The notes below the pieces were generated by a model that worked only from the letters and a program-made list of their open reading frames with translations, made no database searches and was not told the origin of the DNA. Positions 36,931-46,000 of a DNA stretch of 64,000 nt are shown one piece after another. This DNA is from a virus (Duplodnaviria; Caudoviricetes), in IMG/VR virus record IMGVR_UViG_3300017763_003980; one strand, written 5' to 3'. The stretch's first letter is position 1. Every line of letters starts with the position of its first letter. The position numbers and the translations under genes were made by a program.

Positions 36931-38354
36931 TGCGACATTTTTATGACGGACAAATAAGACGTTACACTACTCAAATGATGCGTATTCTAAGTAACTTCCC
37001 TGTGATAGATGGTGATGGGCAAACCAAAGATGTGCCTGTTATGTATGGAGATTTAACTAGGCAGGTAGCTAATATTATAAGAGAGAACAGCGAAAATAAA
37101 TTACCTAGTGCTCCTAGAATTAGCGTTTATATAACTGGGCTAGAACTAGATAAAGATAGACTAACAGATGCTACATATACTAGAAAAACTAATATACGAG
37201 AAAGAGCATATGATGATGTTAATAAAGAATATTTAAATACTGAAGGTAAATCTTATACTGTAGAACGCCTAATACCTACACCATATTTAATGAGAGTAAA
37301 CGCTGATATTTGGGCAAGCAATACTGATCAAAAACTGCAATTACTAGAACAGATACTAGTGTTGTTTAATCCTAGTTTAGAAATGCAAACTACAGATAAC
37401 TTTATTGACTGGACTAGTATTACTGCCGTAATTTTAGAAAATGTACAATGGAGTAGCAGAAGTGTTCCTGTAGGAATCGATACAGAAATTGACATTGCTA
37501 CACTAACATTTAGTTTGCCAATTTACATTAGTCCTCCGACTAAAGTTCGTAAAATGGGTGTTATTACAAATATTATTACTAGCATGTTTGATGAAACTAC
37601 TGGTACAATCGAAGATGGAGTATCACGTCCTGAATTAAATGCTTACGATGATGTAAGCTTGCCGGGCACATCTACAGACAGCAGAGGCACTAGAGTTGAT
37701 TCATTAGTAGGCGGTCATAGTGCTAATGTAAACTTTGCACAGTGGGGAGTATATGTTAATCAAGGATCTGCACAACTTGTAGCAAATGGAATGGTTGGTG
37801 TTAAAAATTGGAGAGAGATATTTACAGCATTGCCTGGTACTTATGCCGCAGGTGTAAGTAGAATATACTTAACTAGTAATGATAACACAAAAACGGTTAC
37901 AGGTACATTTGCACTAAATCCTTTAGATGAAGGTTCTATTGCTATTGATTTTGATACAGACAGTTTCCCTTCAGATGATATTATTAGTAGTGCATTAGGT
38001 GATAGGACATCAATAGATTATATTATAGATCCTTTAAATTATGATCCTACATCTATTAAGACATCTGGGTTACGTATATTACTTCTAGATGATATAGGTG
38101 GCGCTTCTGCTACACAAGTATCTTCAGCTTGGGCTAATGATAACGGTACTGGCTTAGTTGCTAGTGCGAATGATATTGTAGAGTGGGATGGTAGCAAATG
38201 GAATATTATCTTTGATGCTTCAACTATAACTTCTACAACATATGTAACAAATTTAAATACACAAGTACAATATAGATTCAAAAACAATGAATGGTTACTA
38301 AGTATTGACGGTGACTATCCAGTTGGCACATGGAGAATTGATCTCTTTGGCTAA
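36930..38354 (+). CDS. gp15: Tail terminator / sheath stabiliser (gp15-like) with a C-terminal extension
   Basis: HFYDGQIRRY, VPVMYG, PTPY, QLLEQILVLFNP and IATLTF. Confidence 0.8.
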   Translation: MRHFYDGQIRRYTTQMMRILSNFPVIDGDGQTKDVPVMYGDLTRQVANIIRENSENKLPSAPRISVYITGLELDKDRLTDATYTRKTNIRERAYDDVNKEYLNTEGKSYTVERLIPTPYLMRVNADIWASNTDQKLQLLEQILVLFNPSLEMQTTDNFIDWTSITAVILENVQWSSRSVPVGIDTEIDIATLTFSLPIYISPPTKVRKMGVITNIITSMFDETTGTIEDGVSRPELNAYDDVSLPGTSTDSRGTRVDSLVGGHSANVNFAQWGVYVNQGSAQLVANGMVGVKNWREIFTALPGTYAAGVSRIYLTSNDNTKTVTGTFALNPLDEGSIAIDFDTDSFPSDDIISSALGDRTSIDYIIDPLNYDPTSIKTSGLRILLLDDIGGASATQVSSAWANDNGTGLVASANDIVEWDGSKWNIIFDASTITSTTYVTNLNTQVQYRFKNNEWLLSIDGDYPVGTWRIDLFG

Positions 38355-38362
38355 TTATTTGT

Positions 38363-38803
38363 ATGGATGCAAATATAGTATGTAGTGGAGCCTTATTTTA
38401 TACACTATCAACAAATAGATTTTTATTTTTACACCGTAGAAATGGTAAAAAATCTGATGTTTGGGGATTAGTTGGTGGCACAAATGAAGGTACAGAAACA
38501 CCCTGGGAAGGTTTGAAACGAGAAATTGTTGAAGAAATAGGTGATGTTACTACTATTAAAAAAACACTTCCGTTAGAAAGTTTCCTCAGCAATGACAAAA
38601 AATTCCTGTTCCATACATATCTATGCGTAGTAAAAGATGAATTTATTCCGCAATTAAATAAAGAACATGATGGATATGCTTGGTGTAGTTTTACAAAATG
38701 GCCAAAGCCTTTACATCATGGATTGCGTAATACCCTCCAAAGTAAAATTAATCTTAGCAAGTTAGAAACTGTCTTTCAAACTATTAATTTACTTGACAAT
38801 TAA
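38363..38803 (+). CDS. NUDIX hydrolase
   Basis: Nudix box GGTNEGTETPWEGLKREIVEEIG; LNKEH. Confidence 0.9.
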   Translation: MDANIVCSGALFYTLSTNRFLFLHRRNGKKSDVWGLVGGTNEGTETPWEGLKREIVEEIGDVTTIKKTLPLESFLSNDKKFLFHTYLCVVKDEFIPQLNKEHDGYAWCSFTKWPKPLHHGLRNTLQSKINLSKLETVFQTINLLDN

Positions 38804-38821
38804 TACAAACGGTAGTATAAT
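38793..38821 (+). promoter_or_regulatory. Consensus sigma70 promoter for the heptose operon; predicted leaderless transcript
   Basis: TTGACA at 38793-38798, a 17-nt spacer, TATAAT at 38816-38821, and ATG 6 nt later at 38828. Confidence 0.9.
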
Positions 38822-38827
38822 AAAATT

Positions 38828-39976
38828 ATGAAAGTTCTAGTTCTTGGTGATGTAATAATTGACAAATATATTTACGGTACTTCTACTCGTATTAGTCCGG
38901 AAGCACCAGTGCCTATTGTTAACCTAGATAATATAAAAACTTCTTTAGGTGGTGCAGGACTTGTAGTTGAAAATCTCAAAAGTTTAGGTGTAGATGTTAC
39001 ACTTTTACAAACCAATCAACCAAGAAGTACTAAAACCAGAATTATTTCAGACGGGCATTATGTAACACGATTAGATGAAGACGAGAAAGCAGACAGCGAA
39101 GCTGTACTACGAAATGTCTTAAGCAGTGATTTTTCACAGTATGAATATGTTATATTAAGTGATTACAACAAAGGGGTGTTAACACATTCTAACAGGATTA
39201 TAGAGCATATAAACAGTCAAGGTTGTAAAGTTATTGTAGATCCTAAACGCCATCGTAAGTGTTATGAAGGTGCATGGTTAGTTAAACCTAATGCTAAAGA
39301 ATATAAAGATTTTGGTTTTGATAAACATAAAGGTAATATAATAACAACTAGTGCAAATGGTGCAGTATCAGCAAAGTTTGAAGATGAAACACATTTTATA
39401 ATTCCAGAACAAGTAGAAGTAAATGATGTTACCGGCGCAGGTGATTGTTTTCTTGCTGCCTTTGTATATGGACTAACACAGGATAAAACTATTAAGCAGT
39501 GTTTAGAGCTTGCTACTAAAGGTGCAACTGAAAGTGTTAAACATTTAGGCACGTATATATTATCAAAAACTGACTTAGAAGATACTATTGTGTTTACTAA
39601 TGGGTGTTTTGATATACTGCATATTGGCCATTTAAAACTGCTTAGACACGCTCGTAGCTTGGGAAATAGACTTATAGTAGCTATTAACAGTGACGCAAGT
39701 GTTAAGCGTTTAAAAGGAGAAACTAGACCCATTAATAGTCAAGAAACTAGAAAAGAAACACTAGAACAATTAAGCATAGTTGACGAAGTTATAATTTTTG
39801 ATGAGGATACTCCTTATGAAATAATTAAGGAAATTAAACCTAGTATAATTGTAAAAGGTGGAGATTATACTGTAGAAACAGTAGTTGGAAATGATTTAGC
39901 AGAAGTTGCAATATTTCCAAAAGTAGACGGGTATTCTACTACTCAAATTGTAAAGGATATAAAAGTTGGAAATTGA
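38828..39976 (+). CDS. hldE: Bifunctional heptose-7-phosphate kinase / heptose-1-phosphate adenylyltransferase
   Basis: RISPEAPVP, LSDYNKG, VDPK, DVTGAGD (PfkB), then FTNGCFDILHIGH, INSDASVKRLKG and VKGGDY. Confidence 0.95.
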   Translation: MKVLVLGDVIIDKYIYGTSTRISPEAPVPIVNLDNIKTSLGGAGLVVENLKSLGVDVTLLQTNQPRSTKTRIISDGHYVTRLDEDEKADSEAVLRNVLSSDFSQYEYVILSDYNKGVLTHSNRIIEHINSQGCKVIVDPKRHRKCYEGAWLVKPNAKEYKDFGFDKHKGNIITTSANGAVSAKFEDETHFIIPEQVEVNDVTGAGDCFLAAFVYGLTQDKTIKQCLELATKGATESVKHLGTYILSKTDLEDTIVFTNGCFDILHIGHLKLLRHARSLGNRLIVAINSDASVKRLKGETRPINSQETRKETLEQLSIVDEVIIFDEDTPYEIIKEIKPSIIVKGGDYTVETVVGNDLAEVAIFPKVDGYSTTQIVKDIKVGN

Positions 39977-40598
39977 GATTAAGAATAATAAAGTTATAGT
40001 GCAAAACGCATTAAACGATGGAGAATTTTCAAATATAAGACATATTTTCTATGGCTATGATATACCTTGGTCGTACAACGATGGAATTGTAAACACTGAG
40101 GATATGAGTGATTTTCAATTTGTACATTTAGTATTTGATCACAGTAAAGCAGGTTACGGACCTATATGGGATAGTATAGTTCCTATTTTGGAAAAACTAA
40201 CACCGTCAAATGTAGTAAGGATTAAAGCTAATTTGCGTCCAAGAACAGGTGACATAGAAGCTAGTGGGTTTCATTGTGATGTTTGGATGCCCGGGGCTCT
40301 TACTGCTATATATTATCTTGATACAAACAACGGATATACAGAATTTAAAGATGGTGATAAGATTGCCAGTGTAGAAAATCAACTAGTAGTATTTCCTTCA
40401 AACTTACCACATCTAGGAACTAGTTGTACTGATCAAAATAGAAGAGTTATAATTAATTTTAATTTCTTTCCAACTACAGGATTATTAAATGCAACTGAGA
40501 TAAATCCTTCTGTAAATCCAATTACTGATCCTTTACTATCTGACACTGATAAAGAATATCACAGACATTGGGCTAAACCTATGAAGGGACTTCTATGA
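39966..40598 (+). CDS. Fe(II)/2OG oxygenase
   Basis: GFHCD, YYLDTNNGYT, VVFPSNLPH and RVIINFN; TTG start overlapping the end of hldE. Confidence 0.75.
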   Translation: MEIEIKNNKVIVQNALNDGEFSNIRHIFYGYDIPWSYNDGIVNTEDMSDFQFVHLVFDHSKAGYGPIWDSIVPILEKLTPSNVVRIKANLRPRTGDIEASGFHCDVWMPGALTAIYYLDTNNGYTEFKDGDKIASVENQLVVFPSNLPHLGTSCTDQNRRVIINFNFFPTTGLLNATEINPSVNPITDPLLSDTDKEYHRHWAKPMKGLL

Positions 40599-41413
40599 AA
40601 ATATTAGTCACAGGATACAAAGGATTTATAGGGCAAAATGTATGCAATTATCTTTTAACTCAAGGACATGATGTTGAAGGATGGGAATATATGGATAATG
40701 CTGTACCTGATCCTAGTGCATATGATTGGGTAATACATCTTGGTGCAATTACTAGTACAACTTATACCGATGTAGATCGTATAATAGATCAAAATTTTGA
40801 ATACAGTATGAGATTGCTACAGGTTTGTGAAAACTATGGAACAAACTTTCAATATGCATCAAGTGCTAGTGTGTATGGTCCTACAACACATTTTACTGAA
40901 GATGGCCCTTTGCTACCACAAAGTCCTTATGCTTGGAGCAAGTATTTGTTTGATAGATTTGTAAAGCAACACAAGGATGAATTTACAGTACTTGTACAAG
41001 GATTTAGATATTTTAATGTATATGGTCCAGGAGAACACGATAAAGGTGATCAAGCTTCGCCTTATACTAAGTTTACAAAACAAGCACAAGAAGATGGCGA
41101 GATCAAAGTTTTTCAACTTAGTGAACATTACAAAAGAGATTTTGTATGCGTAAGAGATATTTGTAGAGTACACGAAAAAATGCTTAGTGTTGATTCTAGT
41201 GACATTTACAATGTTGGTACTGGTGTTGCAGAAAGTTTTGAAACTGTAGCACAAACTATTGCTAAAAAATACAATGCTACAATAAAATATATCCCAATTC
41301 CAGATAACATTAAAAATCAATATCAAAAATATACGTGTGCCAACATTGACAAATTAAATAGTGTTATAGATATGGAATGGACTAGTATAAAGGATTATAT
41401 TAATGAAAATTAG
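40595..41413 (+). CDS. hldD: ADP-L-glycero-D-manno-heptose 6-epimerase
   Basis: TGYKGFIG, HLGA, YASSASVYG, YAWSK, RYFNVYGP and RDFVCV; located within the heptose operon. Confidence 0.85.
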   Translation: MKILVTGYKGFIGQNVCNYLLTQGHDVEGWEYMDNAVPDPSAYDWVIHLGAITSTTYTDVDRIIDQNFEYSMRLLQVCENYGTNFQYASSASVYGPTTHFTEDGPLLPQSPYAWSKYLFDRFVKQHKDEFTVLVQGFRYFNVYGPGEHDKGDQASPYTKFTKQAQEDGEIKVFQLSEHYKRDFVCVRDICRVHEKMLSVDSSDIYNVGTGVAESFETVAQTIAKKYNATIKYIPIPDNIKNQYQKYTCANIDKLNSVIDMEWTSIKDYINEN

Positions 41414-42086
41414 AATTGACCAGTTCGATGTTATCTTACCATTTGGTTGTGCAATCTATCAATCTAAATTTACTAAAGATGAGCTAGATTTTTTAAAAAT
41501 GCTAGCTGAAGATTCTAGAGAAGGTAAAAACGCAAGTGAAAAACTAGTTGGTAATATACAAACACAAACAGAACCTGTAGTAAAAGATAAAAATACTCAA
41601 GAAAGATTTTCTGAAATATTACATCCTCATATAGTAAACTACTTAACTGTAGACCAAAAAAGACAAAAAGTAATGTATGAAAATTCTATTAGGCCACCAG
41701 ATTTTGTCGATGAAGAAGATATGCAAAATGTTAATTATGACTTAGGTACTGGACCCTGGTTTAACTACATGTGGGAAAATGAATTTAATCCGTTGCATGC
41801 ACATCACGGTTCAATAAGTGGAATAGCAATGATTCAAGTTCCTACAGAAATAAAAAATGAAAGATATAATACTGAAACTCCCAACTACGAAACACATGGA
41901 GATTTAGAATGGGTCGATGGAAATAATCATTATAAAGTTATACCCGAAGAAGGAAGTATTTTCTTATTTCCATCGCATTTAAAACATATAGTATATCCTT
42001 GGCACAGTCATGTAGAGAGAATTACATCTAGCTGGAATATATTTAACATAGAGTATCCTAAGAAAATTGAGATTGCATATGAGTAG
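41403..42086 (+). CDS. Fe(II)/2OG oxygenase-like protein
   Basis: NPLHAH, EEGSIFLFPSHLKHIVYP and RITSSWN. Confidence 0.7.
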   Translation: MKIRIDQFDVILPFGCAIYQSKFTKDELDFLKMLAEDSREGKNASEKLVGNIQTQTEPVVKDKNTQERFSEILHPHIVNYLTVDQKRQKVMYENSIRPPDFVDEEDMQNVNYDLGTGPWFNYMWENEFNPLHAHHGSISGIAMIQVPTEIKNERYNTETPNYETHGDLEWVDGNNHYKVIPEEGSIFLFPSHLKHIVYPWHSHVERITSSWNIFNIEYPKKIEIAYE

Positions 42087-42468
42087 ATTAGAAGGTCATG
42101 TAAAAAAGGGATGGGGTTACGAACTTATATGGGCTACAAATGACAAATACTGTGGTAAGATAATGGTGTTTGAAAAAGTAGGTGCAAAGTTCAGTATGCA
42201 TTTTCATCATGAAAAAGATGAAACATGGTTTGTAAATAGTGGCAAATTTAAAGTCAGATGGATAGACACTAGTAACGCAATGATGTTTGAAAAAGAATTA
42301 AATGAAGGAGATACCTGGCATAATCCTCCTTTACAACCTCATCAACTAGAAGCACTAGAGCCTATGAGCTCAGTAACAGAAGTAAGTACACCAGATTCAG
42401 TTGAAGATAATTATAGACTTATACCAGGAGATAGTCAATCTGCAGACACGGAAATTAGCAATGATTGA
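42079..42468 (+). CDS. Small cupin (sugar isomerase-like)
   Basis: KGWGYE, SMHFHHEKDETW and PLQPHQ. Start moved to 42079. Confidence 0.8.
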   Translation: MSRLEGHVKKGWGYELIWATNDKYCGKIMVFEKVGAKFSMHFHHEKDETWFVNSGKFKVRWIDTSNAMMFEKELNEGDTWHNPPLQPHQLEALEPMSSVTEVSTPDSVEDNYRLIPGDSQSADTEISND

Positions 42469-43081
42469 TATTGCATGGAGCAATGACATTGATAGGGGCC
42501 CTAATTGGATTGCTCCAAAGTGTGTAGTTGGATTGGATAGGGATGGTGTTATTAATAAAGATTTAGGTACTTATTGCTATAAGAGTAAAGATTTTGAACC
42601 TATTGAAGGTAGCATAGAAGCTATTTCTCAATTACGTCAACTAGGACATAAAGTTGTAATTATTACAAATCAAGGAGGCATAGAGAACGGATTATTTACT
42701 GAAGATGACGTAGATAATTTACATAATCATTTATTTGAACTACTTGGCGAAGCAGGATGTCAAAGTATAGATGGCATTTATTATAGTGCTAGTAGCCGAA
42801 AAAATGATATGTATGCAAAGCCTAATATAGGTATGTTCAAACGTTGCGAAAAAGAAGTTCCGCATGTAAAATTTAATCAAGGATATTATGTAGGTGATAA
42901 AATATCTGATTTAAAGGCAGCTATGAAAGTTGGTGCAAAGCCAATACTAGTACGCACAGGATACGGAAAAGAAACTGAAGAATTAATTAACAAACGATTT
43001 ACTTATAAGTCAATAAAAAAGCGTACCAAAGTATTTGATACGCTTTTAGATTTTGTTAATTATCTTACAGATCAAGCCTGA
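42461..43081 (+). CDS. gmhB: D,D-heptose-1,7-bisphosphate phosphatase (HAD)
   Basis: LDRDGVIN, ITNQGGI, KPNIGM and VGDKISDL. Start moved to 42461. Confidence 0.9.
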   Translation: MIDIAWSNDIDRGPNWIAPKCVVGLDRDGVINKDLGTYCYKSKDFEPIEGSIEAISQLRQLGHKVVIITNQGGIENGLFTEDDVDNLHNHLFELLGEAGCQSIDGIYYSASSRKNDMYAKPNIGMFKRCEKEVPHVKFNQGYYVGDKISDLKAAMKVGAKPILVRTGYGKETEELINKRFTYKSIKKRTKVFDTLLDFVNYLTDQA

Positions 43082-46000
43082 GCTTCTCCCCACTTAATAA
43101 TAATATTTGAATTAATATCTGAACCTGTCACTTTATACACATTAATAGCTAACACGTCTGGACCATTTGGAAATGTACCTCTACCGCCTAATGGAGTGTT
43201 TGTAAGTTCTTTTAGATCTTTTAGATCTAGTGTAGAACGTTCTCCTGGCACAGCAATAAATGAGAATACAGTTTCGCCTGGTCTAGCAAACGGTGGTTGT
43301 TCAAATGTAACTTCAACTGTACCTGAGCTTAGTGCTAGTGTACCTGTATATGAGTTGTTAAAGTTTATCTCATAAAACGTATTCCCGCCCCAAGTAATAC
43401 TTTGTATACTGTTTATATAAGTGTTAGCAGGGAATGTCAATCCGTTGTTACCACCAGTAACCGCAGTGCCAACAATAGCCGATGCACTATCAACACTTGA
43501 TGTAGTAAAGTAACCATAGTTTTTGTTTACAAGTGCTGCATTAAATGTAACGGTAAAGTGGTTGGATGAGCTACCGCTGATCTGTCCTGAGAGTCGCCTT
43601 GATAGTCTAAAGTATGCCCAATCATTTGAATTTTGTCCACTGATGTAACCATAATCAATAGTAGTATTAGCTGGAATATTTGTGCCTGTAATAACCTTAC
43701 CTTCAACAATACTTGTATCAGTTGTACCAAAGGTAGCAAAGTATTCTTGTGGATTGATGTAAATGTAATAGTTATTATTATAACCACCAACATAGCTAGG
43801 TCTAGTACCAAACTGTCCTGTAATCGAAGCCACAGATGTTATGTTAGCTGTAGTAGCTGATGTACCATCTGTCCATGTAACACCACCACCAGATGCAATT
43901 TGTGCAAAACTAGGCTGACCACCTTGTGCCACACCATTTAGTCCTGTCCAGTTAACGTCACTTGGATTAAGAGGATAGTTGTTAGGATTTAGCACACCTT
44001 CGATAACAATACCCCCGGAACCTGTATCTGATGTCACCTCAAGTCCGTTAAGTAGTAATTGTGCTCTATTAAGCAGTTCTCGCTCTCCTAAGTCACCTGT
44101 AATAGCGTTAGAAACACTAGGTGCTAGTCGCATCATAAATGCAGTCTGTTTAGTTGTACTAACTGTGATTCCTGTTTCAGCGTAACTAAAAATGTAACCT
44201 CTATCTTCATCAAATCCGCCATCTGTAAGGAACGCACTACCCCAGTGACTAATAAGTGGTGTAATTGTTTGTGAAATAATAACAACACCTGTTCTAGCTA
44301 GGTGTGTTACTGCTGAGCCTCCTGTGTAACTACGTTCTGCTCCTGCTTGGAATGTAAGTAAATTAGCAGCTCTGCTTACACCAGTTAGTGTATTTGTTTC
44401 TTTGTTGTTAGCTGTGTACGTCATTACTTCGTTGTCAATGTATACAGTTGCTTGGTATGGAAAGAAGCTGCTATCTTCTAATTCAATAGTAGTTTGACTT
44501 GCATCCATTTGAGTTTTTAACTTTCCTGGAGGACCTTCGTTAGTAACTTCGTAACGCACAGGCAAGTTACCTGAACGCATAAATGCTTCTGTGTTTACGT
44601 TTGAATTACGCATTCTATGTGCAAAAACAAAATTACCATTTGAACCACGTACCATCCAATCAATAAATCCAGCACCATACCATGTATACTGAATTCCAAT
44701 CATCTGCATCTTAGCAATGTCCATATTATAACCGCTTGGACCAGTGCCATCTAATCTGTCTAAGTTAAACTCACTTTGTTTGGCTTTTTTATCACTTACT
44801 AGTGCTACTTTTGCACCTGTAATGTTTATAACGCCGCGCCAGTCTGGTGTTACTGACATTGCAGTATCACTACTAACATGACTTACAACGTGTGTCATAC
44901 CTTTGATAATAATTCTATCACCGGCCTTTAATTGATCTCTAAATCTAGTGTTTGTCCCTACAATAGCATTTTCATCTACATTAAGTGCAATAGTTCCGGC
45001 AATTTGTTTTGTTCCTGTACGCTGTACTGCACTAATTTGTGTACCATCAAACTCCCAGAAAATTCCGTTTTGATCGTCAAATATTCCAGAACGTACAGTA
45101 GCGCCATGCCAGCTTACAACACTCATTTGTGCAGAAAATCCTAGTACTGCTGTAGTTGCACCCAATCTACGTTTTGCTCGTACTTTAAATGTTCTTTCGT
45201 CTACAACTGATGAAACTGTATAATCAAACTCTTCGCCAACACCTGTGCTAACGCCGCTGTTGTATCCTTCTGTTTCTATTCCTAGTAAACGTATTACACC
45301 ACCTACTTGTACACCGTGATCGTTATCATCTGTAGTAATAGTAATTAAACTATCAAGTTCTACACCATCTGCTACTACACTCTGTAGATCGTAACTTGGT
45401 GCAAATAGAGCACCAGTTGTATACATAATACCTTTACCTGACTGGTATCTAATATACTTTTTACTTTGACGTATTGCTTGTGCTCCATGTTGTGGACCGC
45501 CAGTACCTAGCTGTACGCCTCCGTCATATGGTCTATGCACAAAGAAGCTGTCTGGCCTCGGATATACAATTCCTTGTAGTACGTTACTTGCATCTACTGT
45601 AATTGCTCCAGTAGTTCTAGCTTGATATCTTAAACTAGTAACACTAGGCACCTCTGTTGCAAAAAATGAGCCGCTAGCTAGTTCGTGATTATTTGTACCA
45701 CTATCACTTGTAATATTTACAATAAATGTATCGCCTGGAACTAATCCGTGTGCCGCAGGCCAGTTCATATCAATAGTAGCTAGAGCTGCGTAGCTTATTG
45801 TTTGATCTACATTAATAAAAGACGATGTGGCTTCTGATACTGTAATTGTGGAAATAATATCAATATTTGTGCCAGGATTAGCAATAGTATAATTTGCAGC
45901 TACACTAGTAATACCTCCATTACTTGCACCGTTTACATACAGCTCTACGTCATTAAGGGGAGATGATCCTTCTAATAATGTACCTGGAATATTAATTCTA

